Notes: a model not told the origin generated them from the sequence alone. Positions 21,030 through 30,804 are shown, counted from the first letter of the stretch. The stretch is DNA of 64,000 bases from a virus (IMGVR_UViG_3300046780_000888:1-64000); one strand, 5' to 3'. Program-made: numbers and translations.

Positions 21030-21046
21030 CTCCTCCGGTACCGCCG

Positions 21047-22774
21047 ATGCCCAAGCGCGCTCCCGACCTCGACGACATCACGCTGTACGACCTGGCGCCG
21101 CAGTTCCAGGAGCGAATGCTCAAGTGGCTCTCGAAGAACGCGACGGCGATCGAGATCAGCGTCGAGCCTGACGGATCGTTTCATGTCGCGGGTGGCGCAT
21201 CGGAGGCGCGCAGTGCGCTGCTCGAGGAAGCTCTCAACGGCGTCATGCATTCACGCGCCGACCTCGGGTTGCTGGATCCAGAGTTCCAGACTCGCGTACT
21301 CGAATTTCTCACGGAGTACTCCGCTGCGATTCTCGTGTCGGCTGCGGACACTCCGGACGGTCCTGGTTTTCAGGTGGCGGTGCTGAGCGACGACGCGGAG
21401 GGGAAAGACGCAGACGTCGACTTCGAGATCGCACTCGTGCTTGCCGAAGAAAAATTCCTGACCGCGTTGCCGTCGAGTCGATTGCCGGCCGAAGAGCGCG
21501 CATCGCTCGAACATGCGCTTGTGCCGCCGGCGCAGCGCGAGGAAGAAGCCGAGGAACGACACGAGCGACTACGGCGAGCGCTGATGGAACCGCGAGCGGA
21601 GCTCGAGGCGAATCGCCAGCACGTCACCTATGCGCGTTGGCGCACGGAGATCGACGAGGGGCTGCGCGTCCGAGGTATGAGCGTCGCGGACGCGCCCGAG
21701 GAGTACTGGCGCACGTTGTATCTTGCCGGCTTCAGTCCGTCGGCTGCGGGGAACGAATTCACGTCGCAGTCTACCCCCGGTGCTTGGCTCACGGAGAACC
21801 GAGCGTCGCTCGACGCTAATCACCAGCCCGTCGGATATGCGCGTTGGCACATAACGATCGACGAAACGCTTCGATCGCGCGGTATGAGCGTCTCGGAGGC
21901 GTCGCCGGAGTATTGGCGGACGTTGTATCTCGCCGGTTTCAGTCCGTCGGATGCGGTGAAAGAGTTCACGTCGCAGACCTCGAGCGCGACCGGTGATTTT
22001 CGCGCCGCGTGGCTCACGAGGAACCGAGCGAGCGACGAAAAACGCATTCGTGTAGCCTACGAAGTTGTCACGCCGGAGAGTGCCGGGGCGGGCGATGCGG
22101 AGGACCGCGGATGGGTGGACGAAGAAGGCATCGAGGTCGATGATCTCGTGGAAGCCGCGCGATTGATTCAGCACGACGTGGGAACCCCGGAGCCGTCGAG
22201 TTCGCAGTTTCACAAGGGCGTCTGGTACACCGGGCTTTACAACGAAGACTACCGCTCCGGCGCGGACACGTTTCGTTCGTACCACCCGTACGGATTCACC
22301 GAGGCGGAAGAGCGAGAGCTCTACGGGATTCTGACCAACTACCGAGGCATTCACCGGCGACGCAATGGCGAGCGTCCGCCGCCGCCTCCGCGGCCTCGGC
22401 ATACCGACACGCTCCGGCACGTTCGTCGGATGGTGCGCGAGCACGACAAGCCGTTCGACCCTGAGGCGCCGCGAGAGCACTATGCGCGGTCACATCACTT
22501 CGCTGTCAATCACCATGACCTCGTTGGATTCAACGAGTGGCGCGGAGTCCTCGAGTACGCCGAAACCGGCGGGCCCTTGTACTACCAGGCCCCCCTCGAT
22601 CGCGGGCCAGAGTTGCTACGACCCGGAAAGAACGAGCCGTACTCCTACGAAGTGCGAGCGCGCACGATTCGGATCTGGCCTCCCGGATCGGTCGGGCGTG
22701 GACGCAACCGAACGAGCGACGCATTCACCGCCGATGCGGGGCACCTCGAGCGGTTCTCTCGACCGGGGCACTAG
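21047..22774 (+). CDS. Modular hypothetical protein with internal duplications
   Basis: 575 aa with a duplicated unit YARW...ID..LR.RGMSV..A..EYWRTLYLAGFSPS.A..EFTSQ. Confidence 0.75.
   Translation: MPKRAPDLDDITLYDLAPQFQERMLKWLSKNATAIEISVEPDGSFHVAGGASEARSALLEEALNGVMHSRADLGLLDPEFQTRVLEFLTEYSAAILVSAADTPDGPGFQVAVLSDDAEGKDADVDFEIALVLAEEKFLTALPSSRLPAEERASLEHALVPPAQREEEAEERHERLRRALMEPRAELEANRQHVTYARWRTEIDEGLRVRGMSVADAPEEYWRTLYLAGFSPSAAGNEFTSQSTPGAWLTENRASLDANHQPVGYARWHITIDETLRSRGMSVSEASPEYWRTLYLAGFSPSDAVKEFTSQTSSATGDFRAAWLTRNRASDEKRIRVAYEVVTPESAGAGDAEDRGWVDEEGIEVDDLVEAARLIQHDVGTPEPSSSQFHKGVWYTGLYNEDYRSGADTFRSYHPYGFTEAEERELYGILTNYRGIHRRRNGERPPPPPRPRHTDTLRHVRRMVREHDKPFDPEAPREHYARSHHFAVNHHDLVGFNEWRGVLEYAETGGPLYYQAPLDRGPELLRPGKNEPYSYEVRARTIRIWPPGSVGRGRNRTSDAFTADAGHLERFSRPGH
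21608..22030 (+). repeat. Imperfect tandem duplication of about 200 bp inside the CDS
   Basis: About 21608-21805 versus 21815-22030; they share TATGCGCGTTGGC, GGTATGAGCGTC, ACGTTGTATCT, TTCAGTCCGTCGG and TTCACGTCGCAG. Confidence 0.9.
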
Positions 22775-22776
22775 CC

Positions 22777-22995
22777 GTGAGTCTTGAGTTCTGGCAGGTC
22801 GTGTGCCCTGACGGTCTCGTTCGTCACTTCCCGTACGTGAACGACACGGTAGCTCGGTACGACGCGCGGGAGCGAACCAAGCACGGTTGTCGTCTCAGTC
22901 CGAGGATGAACAAGCTCGAGGCTGCGCATCCGCCATGCCCGGGAGGCGAGCACACGATCCGTCCCGTGCCACAGCCGCCCCCCGAGGCCGCGTGA
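22777..22995 (+). CDS. Small hypothetical protein
   Basis: MSLEFWQVVCPDGLVRHFPY...PPCPGGEH. Confidence 0.55.
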   Translation: MSLEFWQVVCPDGLVRHFPYVNDTVARYDARERTKHGCRLSPRMNKLEAAHPPCPGGEHTIRPVPQPPPEAA

Positions 22996-23822
22996 GAAGA
23001 AGAGCGTGGATCGATGAGCTTCTCACGAAGCGGACGCGCATCGAAACCGCGCTCGGTGCGCCGCTCGGAAAGATGCTCGGGTGCGGACACTTCGGTTGCG
23101 TATTCGAGAGCACGCCGCCGTGGGTCGTGAAGTTTTCGATCGATCCAACGGAGGGGCCCATCTGGTCGAAGATCGTGGGGCTAATCAACGAGGAGGCCTA
23201 TGGCGCACTCGGCTTCCCGGAGATCAAGAGCATCACGCGGTTGACGCCCGACGTGCCGTACGGTGGACGAAAGAAGAAGGTCTGGGCGATCGTGCGCGAG
23301 GGTGTGGAGCCGGTGTACCGGACGAGCGCGGAACTCTACACGGACTTCTCTCGCGCGAAGTTCGGGCTGCCGGTGGGCAGCGGGCGCTTCGACCGGATAG
23401 GCGGTGACTCGCAACTGCCCGAGGACTTTCTGTCTGCGATCTACGGCTTGAGTCTGTACCAAACGTACGCCCGCGCGTGGCACGCGTTCACGTATTCGCC
23501 GCGCCGGTCGAGTGAGTATTCGCGTACGCTTCGCGCGGAGTATCACTCGCGTGATGCGGTCGAGATGAAGATCGAAGGAATCCTGAATCGCGAGTTTCAT
23601 GGGCCTCTCGCTGGCGGCCTTGGCGAGTCGCTCTCGATGCTCGCGTCCAATGGCGTGTACCTGCGGGACGTACATCGCGGCAACATCGGCTGGCACGTCG
23701 CGGCCCCTGGGGACGGCAATGACTGGGACCGCCTCGTGATCTTCGACCCCGGTCACACCCCGACGGGCCCCGCGACGGACATCCCGGAAGCGCTCATCGA
23801 GAACGGTCGCGACCCTCTCTAA
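22992..23822 (+). CDS. Protein kinase-like enzyme (Ser/Thr kinase fold)
   Basis: Gly loop LGCGHFGCVF, VVKF..D.TE, catalytic loop YLRDVHRGNIG, IFDPG. Confidence 0.8.
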   Translation: MRRRAWIDELLTKRTRIETALGAPLGKMLGCGHFGCVFESTPPWVVKFSIDPTEGPIWSKIVGLINEEAYGALGFPEIKSITRLTPDVPYGGRKKKVWAIVREGVEPVYRTSAELYTDFSRAKFGLPVGSGRFDRIGGDSQLPEDFLSAIYGLSLYQTYARAWHAFTYSPRRSSEYSRTLRAEYHSRDAVEMKIEGILNREFHGPLAGGLGESLSMLASNGVYLRDVHRGNIGWHVAAPGDGNDWDRLVIFDPGHTPTGPATDIPEALIENGRDPL

Positions 23823-23856
23823 AACGCCAGGAAACAGCCCCCCGAGAAGTTCTCGG

Positions 23857-23895
23857 TTGACGAGGTAGCCCGGCTGGCTATCATGGCTAGCCAAT
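23857..23895 (+). promoter_or_regulatory. Sigma70-like promoter overlapping the second copy of the 21-bp element
   Basis: TTGACG-16 nt-TATCAT. TGGCTATCATGGCTAGCCAAT at 23875-23895 is identical to 16445-16465. Confidence 0.65.
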
Positions 23896-24118
23896 GTCGA
23901 AGCCGGCGACGCCAGTGCCCATGCGGGGATGGGGAGAGGTGATCTCTGAATCCGAGAGGGATATTTTGGAGCGACTGGTATTCGCCAAGCCGATCTTCCC
24001 GTCGGCGTGGGACGATCCTGATTGTGCCGCGGATATTCTGCGCTGCGTGAACGCAGGCGTCATGCCGCCGCAGGAATCGATCGACTGGTTCGTTCGTCGG
24101 TTTCGGAGTGAGCCATGA
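23894..24118 (+). CDS. Hypothetical protein
   Basis: 74 aa; probably near-leaderless after the promoter. Confidence 0.55.
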   Translation: MSKPATPVPMRGWGEVISESERDILERLVFAKPIFPSAWDDPDCAADILRCVNAGVMPPQESIDWFVRRFRSEP

Positions 24119-24705
24119 TGGGACCACGAGACGAGCGGCAGAGCGCGGTGTATCGATGGGTGGGTGAGACCTTTGGCGTCGCCAACCTCGAGACCCAAGA
24201 GCGGTGCAAGCGCTTCGTTGAGGAAGCAGTCGAGTTGGCGCAGGCGGAGGGGCTCACCGCGGAGGAGGTCTCCGCGATCGTCGCGTACGTCTACTCCAAG
24301 TCCCCGGGGGAGGTGTTCCAGGAAGCGGGAGGAGTTGGGACGACGCTTCTTGCGTACTGCGAAGCGAGGGGTATCTCCGCAGACGACGCAGAGGACACGG
24401 AGTTCCGACGAGTCGTGGAGCTCAACCCGGAGCACTTCAGACGGCGTCACAACATCAAGGCCGCGGCGGGCATCGCGAACACCGCTCCCAGCACTCAATC
24501 GACCAATGGAGTGGTGGTGGAGTTGCGGGACGAAGCTCGCGTCCTGGATCTCACTAAGCAGCTGCTGCCTGATGATGCTGAGGAATTGTATCCGCGCCTG
24601 GCTCTTGTTGTCCATGACGGTGAACTGGGAACGGAGCTCGCGAGGCTTCTCGTGAACGCATATGAAATCGGACGCCGGTCGATGAAGGCGCGGCGCAAGC
24701 GATGA
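24115..24705 (+). CDS. MazG-like nucleotide pyrophosphohydrolase
   Basis: WVGETFG...ERCKRFVEEAVELAQA...GEVFQEAGGV. Confidence 0.65.
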   Translation: MMGPRDERQSAVYRWVGETFGVANLETQERCKRFVEEAVELAQAEGLTAEEVSAIVAYVYSKSPGEVFQEAGGVGTTLLAYCEARGISADDAEDTEFRRVVELNPEHFRRRHNIKAAAGIANTAPSTQSTNGVVVELRDEARVLDLTKQLLPDDAEELYPRLALVVHDGELGTELARLLVNAYEIGRRSMKARRKR

Positions 24706-25226
24706 TCCGAATTGCCATCGGGATCGATCCTGGGATCCGAGCGTTCGGGTTCGGGATCATCAAGCGGGACGCGGAGCAGCGCTGGGTCGCGCATCACGTC
24801 GAGACGGTTCGGTCGCTGCCATCCTTGTCGCTACATGATCGTCTCGCACGAATTTTCAAAGCCGTCGATCTGAAGGTGGTGGAGGCGCTCCAGGAGTGTC
24901 CTTTGGGCGAGGCTATCATCGCTTGTGAGAATCAGGTCGGGGTACAGGAAGGCAAACGCGCCCGCGGCGAGACGAACAAGGACGCCGTCCTGGTGCAGCA
25001 GGTCGTCGGTATGATGCGGGTCATCGCCTTCGACTGCGAGCAGCGGTTCGTCGAGCCGAGCCCTGCGCAGGCGAAGGCTGTGCTGCTTGGGATCAGGCGA
25101 ACCGCGAGCAAGGCGCAGGTGCAGCGCGCGGTGCGCGCAATGGTGAAGGATTGCCCGAAGGTCATGAGCGAGCACGCGAGCGACGCGCTGGCGAACGCGC
25201 TCGCGGGCGCCAGGATGGTGAATTAG
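24702..25226 (+). CDS. ruvC: Holliday junction resolvase RuvC
   Basis: IGIDPGIRAFGFGII, IACEN, SPAQAKA...ASKAQVQRAV, EHASDALANAL. Confidence 0.9.
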   Translation: MIRIAIGIDPGIRAFGFGIIKRDAEQRWVAHHVETVRSLPSLSLHDRLARIFKAVDLKVVEALQECPLGEAIIACENQVGVQEGKRARGETNKDAVLVQQVVGMMRVIAFDCEQRFVEPSPAQAKAVLLGIRRTASKAQVQRAVRAMVKDCPKVMSEHASDALANALAGARMVN

Positions 25227-25898
25227 ATGATTCCGGTCGACATGCACTATGTCGATGCCTTCAACAGGATCTACTACGGGGACTGGAACGCGCCGGGCGT
25301 GGCGCCGCCGTTCGCGACGCTGACGTGGCGCGGGGTGCGCATTCTGAAGTGCCCGGAAGATCTCTTCATGTATCAGGAGATCGTCCATCACACGAAGCCG
25401 GACTTCATCATCGAGACGGGCGTCGCATTCGGGGGAAGCACGTTGTACCTAGCGGACCTGTGCGCGACGGTTGGTCGCGGCGTCGTGATCGGGATCGATG
25501 TTACGCTGGATCATGTCTCACCGGTGACGTGGGGCAACCAGCGCAAGGTTTTGCTCAGGGGCGACTCGGCGTCGGTTGACACCAAGGGGCGGGTGCTTGC
25601 TCTTCTCACTCCGCAAGACCCGCACGTGCGCGTGATGGTCATTCTGGATTCGGACCATGCGAAGGCGCACGTGCTGAAGGAACTCGAGCTGTATGCGCCC
25701 CTCGTCACCCCTGGCTGCTATCTCATCGTGGAGGACACCAACATTAACGGCCATCCCGTGGCGCCGGGATGGGGGGACGGACCGTACGAGGCCGTAGAGG
25801 AGTTCCTGTCGACGCATCCGGAGTTCGAGCGGGATGCCAACTGCGAACGCTTGCTCGTGACGTTCAACCCGGGCGGGTACCTGCGGAGGAAGCCATGA
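25227..25898 (+). CDS. CmcI/cephalosporin hydroxylase family (rhamnosyl O-)methyltransferase
   Basis: TWRGVRILKCPEDLFMYQEI...KPDFIIETGVAFGGS, VILDSDH, YLIVEDT, TFNPGGYLRR. Confidence 0.9.
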   Translation: MIPVDMHYVDAFNRIYYGDWNAPGVAPPFATLTWRGVRILKCPEDLFMYQEIVHHTKPDFIIETGVAFGGSTLYLADLCATVGRGVVIGIDVTLDHVSPVTWGNQRKVLLRGDSASVDTKGRVLALLTPQDPHVRVMVILDSDHAKAHVLKELELYAPLVTPGCYLIVEDTNINGHPVAPGWGDGPYEAVEEFLSTHPEFERDANCERLLVTFNPGGYLRRKP

Positions 25899-26266
25899 GG
25901 CGCCGGACAGAGAAGCCTGTCCCGCCTCTCCCTTCGCCCCTTCAGAAGCGCCCGGGCGCCTGGAAGCGCACGCCCGTGACTCCTCCCCTGAAGACCAACG
26001 TGCCCGGGAAGCCGTCGGGCAATCTGGAGCGCTACCTCGTGAGTCACCGTGAGACTCGTGGTGTTCTTGGGGTTGTCTGGGACTACTCGTGGTTCCTGGC
26101 GAGAGAGCGAGCGGCGCAGACCCATACGATCTCTCGCGAACTTCTCTACATCGAGCTGATGCCACTGTTTCCTGATGAGACAGACGGCAGGCTGTCCGGC
26201 AAGCAGATCGCGGAGCGACTCGGTCGGACATTGCACGCAAGCCCGCTCAATGGAAAACCCAAATGA
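25895..26266 (+). CDS. Hypothetical protein
   Basis: Coupled ORF. Confidence 0.5.
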   Translation: MRRRTEKPVPPLPSPLQKRPGAWKRTPVTPPLKTNVPGKPSGNLERYLVSHRETRGVLGVVWDYSWFLARERAAQTHTISRELLYIELMPLFPDETDGRLSGKQIAERLGRTLHASPLNGKPK

Positions 26267-26577
26267 GCGAGGTTGATGGCAGCCCAACCGCGTTTGAGGC
26301 GGCGATCGAGACGTGCTTCGTGTCGCGAATGCGAGCGGACAACAGCTTCTGCCGAGAGCTCTGGAGCGCGCTCACCCGGATCGAATGGATCCATGAGGAC
26401 GGCCGGAGCGCCCTCTACAGCGTTCGCGCTGCGGCAGAGCTGATCGCACGCATCCTCGGCGAAGGGGACTACACGGATTGGTATTGCTGCGGACCGACCG
26501 GCGTGCTCTCGGACGAGATTCGCGGCGCTTTGAAAGCAAAAGGATGGGTCCCCGTGATCCAGGCATTCATCGTATGA
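26263..26577 (+). CDS. Hypothetical phage protein
   Basis: ELWSAL...W...S.RAAA.LIA...GEGDYTDWYC...G...DEIR..LK.KGW. Confidence 0.7.
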   Translation: MSEVDGSPTAFEAAIETCFVSRMRADNSFCRELWSALTRIEWIHEDGRSALYSVRAAAELIARILGEGDYTDWYCCGPTGVLSDEIRGALKAKGWVPVIQAFIV

Positions 26578-26879
26578 ACTGGCTCTCCGGTAGCATTCTG
26601 GTGGCTGTGGTTGTGGCTGCGTCGGCGCCCGCTTGGTACTTGATCGGGCGGTCCCTAGGAGTCGACACGGGGCGACTGCGGGCGGAGCGGGCGAAGACGG
26701 CGCGTCTGCGATGGGCGCTAGGTGAGGCCGAAGCGCTGGTGGGCGCCGAGCGGCATCGATACCTGGCCGCTCTCGAGAAAGATCCTGCTGCGCCATACGA
26801 CAATGGCGCGATCGCGGAGGCGTACGGCATGTTATCCGAAGCAGTGAAGCAATCCCTGAAGGAAGAGACCCAGCCATGA
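26574..26879 (+). CDS. Hypothetical protein with N-terminal TM helix
   Basis: MNWLSGSILVAVVVAASAPAWYLIG. Confidence 0.55.
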   Translation: MNWLSGSILVAVVVAASAPAWYLIGRSLGVDTGRLRAERAKTARLRWALGEAEALVGAERHRYLAALEKDPAAPYDNGAIAEAYGMLSEAVKQSLKEETQP

Positions 26880-27718
26880 TCAAGATCCTCAAAGAAGAAC
26901 CAGTCGTTGCCGTGCTCGCCGCGATGGCGCTCCAAGGTCCCGGGCTCCGCGAGATGGCGGAGTGGGTGCGAGCCCGCCGCCCCGAGTGCATGCCGGACGA
27001 GTACGACCGGAGCAAGCTGGACTGCTGGACGACGCTTGTTCCGCATCCGCTGGTTGAGGAGGATAGGATTCTGTCGAGCAACGAAGTGCTCGTCGAGCTG
27101 GCCGGGCGCAAGTGCTACGACTCCTTCGGGCTGAAGGCGGGCCGCAAAACCAACCGCGAGTACATCGCGAACACGCAGGCGGGCGACGTCCCGCACGGCT
27201 CCATCATGTATCACGCGAAGATGACGTTCTTCATCGGAGGCGTCTCGCGCCGCGTCTCGCACGAACTGATCCGGCACTACGTCGGCGCCGATCGCACGGA
27301 GGAAGGCTCACCGTCCCAGGAGTCAACGCGGTACGTCGAACACTCGGGGTACTACATCGCGCATCCAGCGATCCTGGACAACGCGGACGAATTGTCGGTC
27401 TTCGCAAGCGCGATGGATGTCAACTATGCCGAGTATCGCGGCTACATCACGCGACGAAGCGAGGAGTTCGCGAGGGCTCATGGGAAGCCTCCTTCGGGAA
27501 TGGATCGCAAGCGCATCTTCGAGAGCGCTAGCCCGTACCTGTCGCATGCCTGCGAGACGTCATTCATTTGGACCTCGAACCCGATCGCGCTCGCCAAGAT
27601 GTTCAAGGAGCGGGACAACGAGGCGGCGGATCTGGAATACCTGCGGCTCGCGAGAAAGTGGAAGCGGGTCTGTAAGGAGCACTGGCCCAACCTCTTCCCC
27701 CAACCGTGGATGCAATGA
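26876..27718 (+). CDS. thyX: Flavin-dependent thymidylate synthase ThyX
   Basis: ELAGRKCYDSF, HGSI, GVSRRVSHELIRH, SQESTRYV. Confidence 0.9.
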   Translation: MIKILKEEPVVAVLAAMALQGPGLREMAEWVRARRPECMPDEYDRSKLDCWTTLVPHPLVEEDRILSSNEVLVELAGRKCYDSFGLKAGRKTNREYIANTQAGDVPHGSIMYHAKMTFFIGGVSRRVSHELIRHYVGADRTEEGSPSQESTRYVEHSGYYIAHPAILDNADELSVFASAMDVNYAEYRGYITRRSEEFARAHGKPPSGMDRKRIFESASPYLSHACETSFIWTSNPIALAKMFKERDNEAADLEYLRLARKWKRVCKEHWPNLFPQPWMQ

Positions 27719-28041
27719 TGGACTCGAGATACACCGAGGTGGACGCTCTCGGGCCCCCGCTCATCGCCCAGCGTCCTGATCGATCGGAGATGTTGCGGGA
27801 GGAATGCCGGAAGATCGGAGACATGCTGGCGGAAAAAAATCGAGCGTACGGGGACTCAGCGCTGAATCCGATCCGGTGCTTCTCGAAGGTCGACAAGCTG
27901 GAGCAGATCAAGGTGCGCATCGACGACAAGCTCTCGCGCCTCATGCGAGGCAACGAGGCGGGCGAAGACGTCATCTTCGACTTGATCGGCTATCTCGTGC
28001 TCCTGCGCGTGGCGATGAGGGAACAGGGAGAGACGGCGTGA
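27715..28041 (+). CDS. Nucleotide modification associated domain 1 (DUF1599-like)
   Basis: EKNRAYGDSALNPIRCFSK...IKVRIDDKLSR...DLIGYLVL. Confidence 0.8.
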   Translation: MMDSRYTEVDALGPPLIAQRPDRSEMLREECRKIGDMLAEKNRAYGDSALNPIRCFSKVDKLEQIKVRIDDKLSRLMRGNEAGEDVIFDLIGYLVLLRVAMREQGETA

Positions 28042-28391
28042 CCACCGTCAAGATCCAGCGGTGGAGCGTGGTCGGGCGCGAGGCGGATGCGGCGGGGCGC
28101 TTGACCAGGGACGCGAAGAGCTACAAGCGCACGCGGGCTCCGCAGTTTGAGCGCGAGGAACAAGTCATCCGCTTCGTTAACCGCGGGCGGGTGACACTGA
28201 GCTTCGGCGGCGTGCCAATCGTAGCGAGTGCCGACTTCATGTTGAAGTCAGGGCGGTGCGTCGGGAACCCGGACTGGGTGCTCACGGACAGTGAGCTGCC
28301 GGCGCTTCGGAAGCTTGCGCGGGCACAGTTTCCGAGAAAGAAAAAAGCAAAGGACGCCGCGCCGCCGGAATCTCCCGTCCCTGACGTTTGA
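28038..28391 (+). CDS. Hypothetical protein
   Basis: Coupled ORF with GGAG RBS. Confidence 0.55.
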   Translation: MTTVKIQRWSVVGREADAAGRLTRDAKSYKRTRAPQFEREEQVIRFVNRGRVTLSFGGVPIVASADFMLKSGRCVGNPDWVLTDSELPALRKLARAQFPRKKKAKDAAPPESPVPDV

Positions 28392-28447
28392 TGCCTTGCA
28401 CGTTGCCTCATGAGGCGCGATTCTTGGAGCTGAAGGAGCCCACGAGC

Positions 28448-29005
28448 ATGTCCGACGACTTCGAGGCTGCGTTGCAGGCTATCGCCAAGGTGAGGGGGAT
28501 ATCTGTCGCCGAGCTGAAAAAGGAGATGCTCGAGAAGGCGATAGGGCTCGGAGGTGCCGAGCCGCCGCGAGCGCCTCGCCGCGAGATCACGCGCGTTAGT
28601 TCGGGGGACGCCAGTGGAGCGTCGCGCTCGCGCTCCGAGGCGATCCAAGCGCACCACGCGCAAGAATTTCCCGGGTCCCCCGTCGTTCGCTACCGGGACG
28701 ACGACGAGACCCCGGAGGAGGCAGAGGAGCGATGGTACGCGGAGGAAGCGGAACTCCCGGACGGGGTCCATGGTCTCGGCGGTTCGACGGCCGGCGGAAT
28801 ATTCGGAGACGGGGCGATTGCTACGAATATCTACGACCCGGGCGCGATGGCCCGTGGCGACTCTCGCGTTGGCCAGCAGGCAAACATCAAGCTCCTCGGT
28901 CTTGTGGAGCGACTGGCGGAGCGGCTGGAGGAGCGCGAGCGCCGCGGGTCGACGCACGTGCTGCCAGGCGGTCCTCGGCGTCGTCTCGGGCCGGGTCAGA
29001 AGTGA
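28448..29005 (+). CDS. Hypothetical protein
   Basis: AAGGAG RBS, then MSDDFEAAL. Confidence 0.6.
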   Translation: MSDDFEAALQAIAKVRGISVAELKKEMLEKAIGLGGAEPPRAPRREITRVSSGDASGASRSRSEAIQAHHAQEFPGSPVVRYRDDDETPEEAEERWYAEEAELPDGVHGLGGSTAGGIFGDGAIATNIYDPGAMARGDSRVGQQANIKLLGLVERLAERLEERERRGSTHVLPGGPRRRLGPGQK

Positions 29006-29050
29006 CCGGACCAATGATTGCCGCTACATAGCCACGTTGCACGTGACACA

Positions 29051-29491
29051 ATGACCATCCGCCGCGCCGCCGGAACACTTCTCGTTGCCGAAACCAGCGG
29101 GCGGATCCTGCTGCTCTATCGCGCGGACGGGGAGGGATGGGCGACGCCTGGCGGCATGGCGGAGCCTGGCGAGACGCCCGCCGAGACGGCGCAGCGTGAG
29201 CTCGACGAGGAGACGGGGCTCGCGTCGATCTTCACGGACTGCGTTGTCGATTATCAGTTCGCGCTCCTCGCGGATGGCACCGTGGTTGAGGCGTCAGCGG
29301 AGCGCCTCCCCGCCGACACGAGGTTGCTCTACGACATGTTCGTGTGCACGGTGCGAGAGGAGTTCGTCCCCACGCTCAACGCGGAGCACAGGGCGTGGCG
29401 CTGGGTACGGCCGAGCGAAGTTGGGGGGCCAGTACATCTACATCCAGGTGCGGCCTGTGCGATTCAACGACTCATGAAGGATTACGGATGA
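29051..29491 (+). CDS. NUDIX hydrolase
   Basis: Nudix box [25 protein letters not shown]. Confidence 0.92.
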   Translation: MTIRRAAGTLLVAETSGRILLLYRADGEGWATPGGMAEPGETPAETAQRELDEETGLASIFTDCVVDYQFALLADGTVVEASAERLPADTRLLYDMFVCTVREEFVPTLNAEHRAWRWVRPSEVGGPVHLHPGAACAIQRLMKDYG

Positions 29492-30018
29492 CGATAACTC
29501 AAGTACTTATCGCGCTCGCGACGGTCGGCGCCGCCGCCTGGCTTGGTATTCGTAGATCGATTCTCCGGTACCGGGAAATATTGCGATTCAAGCAGGCGGC
29601 GGCTGACGCATGGAAAGCTGCGGAGGCGGCGAAGGAGGCCGCCGACAAGCTCGGCGCTCTTGCGACGCTTCACGAGCGCCGCGCGTCCGAATTTCTCAGT
29701 ATTATCTCTGGCATAGAGAAGGAGCGCGACGGGTGGCAGAAGTTTTACCAGGATTCGAGCCATGCGGCGGGGGTCGCGCAAGCCTGGCTCGCCCGGGACC
29801 TGCAGCGGGTGCTCGATGCCTCGAATCGGATGGCAGCAAAGTTGCGAGTACTGGGGCAGTCCGTGGCGGATGTTCGGGCCGATCCAGGTCTCGAGGCGGT
29901 CCTGGCTCATTTTACCGAGGTTCACGGGCCAGGGCAGGCGACTCTCCCGCGAGCGCCAGGGATGGAAGCGGCTGAAAAAGTCGAAAAATCGCTCCCTCCA
30001 ACCACAGTAACCACCTAA
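29488..30018 (+). CDS. N-terminally anchored coiled-coil membrane protein
   Basis: TM helix followed by an Ala/Lys helix. Confidence 0.6.
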   Translation: MTITQVLIALATVGAAAWLGIRRSILRYREILRFKQAAADAWKAAEAAKEAADKLGALATLHERRASEFLSIISGIEKERDGWQKFYQDSSHAAGVAQAWLARDLQRVLDASNRMAAKLRVLGQSVADVRADPGLEAVLAHFTEVHGPGQATLPRAPGMEAAEKVEKSLPPTTVTT

Positions 30019-30069
30019 CGGTGTCGGCCCCTTGCTCCGCGGGGGTCATGTGCTTACCGTAGGGCGTAC

Positions 30070-30804
30070 ATGTCCGACGATAGCGAGTCCCGCGACGCCG
30101 CGGAGCCGAAGGATGCCGTTATCGAAGGTCCCGAGGCGAGCGAGGATGCGGAGACGGAGTTCAATCCGTTTTCCGAGGTAGCCGACGAGTTTCAGCCGGG
30201 CCCTGCGGTTCGGGTTATGGGACCGGACGGGCTGCCGCAAACGGTCGACACGACAACACCGAGCGACATCCCGGCGCTCTCGAAAGAGACACTCGTGTGC
30301 ATGGGCGACTTCTCGAAGTTCGTCTGTCGGGACAAATGGGGGTGCACGACGGCGGAATTCGAGCCGAGCGAGGTGACCCGGATGCCGAATGGCGAATGGG
30401 TCGCACCGATGCGGCTAGTCGTGGAGCGTCTGAAGCCGAGACCCCACTGGTCGTTTTTGGATCAAACCAGCGACTATCACCCCGTTTCCCCGATCCGTCC
30501 GCCGTGCCGTCACTACGTGCGGCAGCTCGGCAGCTTCGAGCACAATGCCCAGAACAAGGCGACGTATCGTCTCTGCGCCGCTCGCCGCACAACGGAAGGC
30601 ACGTTCATGAGTCTCCGCGACACGGGGCTCTGGGGGTGCGACATGCGAGAGCCCTACGACGCTGCGAGCGTGAAGGCGATCGATGACTTCGACGCGCAGA
30701 AGATCGCCGAGGGCGCTCGCCGCCAGCACCTTCCGATGTTTCAAGGATACGGCGGTGGGATCTTCGACACGACCACGCCACAGAGTGAGCCGAAGGAGAA
30801 TTGA
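30070..30804 (+). CDS. Hypothetical protein
   Basis: 244 aa with scattered Cys residues. Confidence 0.7.
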   Translation: MSDDSESRDAAEPKDAVIEGPEASEDAETEFNPFSEVADEFQPGPAVRVMGPDGLPQTVDTTTPSDIPALSKETLVCMGDFSKFVCRDKWGCTTAEFEPSEVTRMPNGEWVAPMRLVVERLKPRPHWSFLDQTSDYHPVSPIRPPCRHYVRQLGSFEHNAQNKATYRLCAARRTTEGTFMSLRDTGLWGCDMREPYDAASVKAIDDFDAQKIAEGARRQHLPMFQGYGGGIFDTTTPQSEPKEN

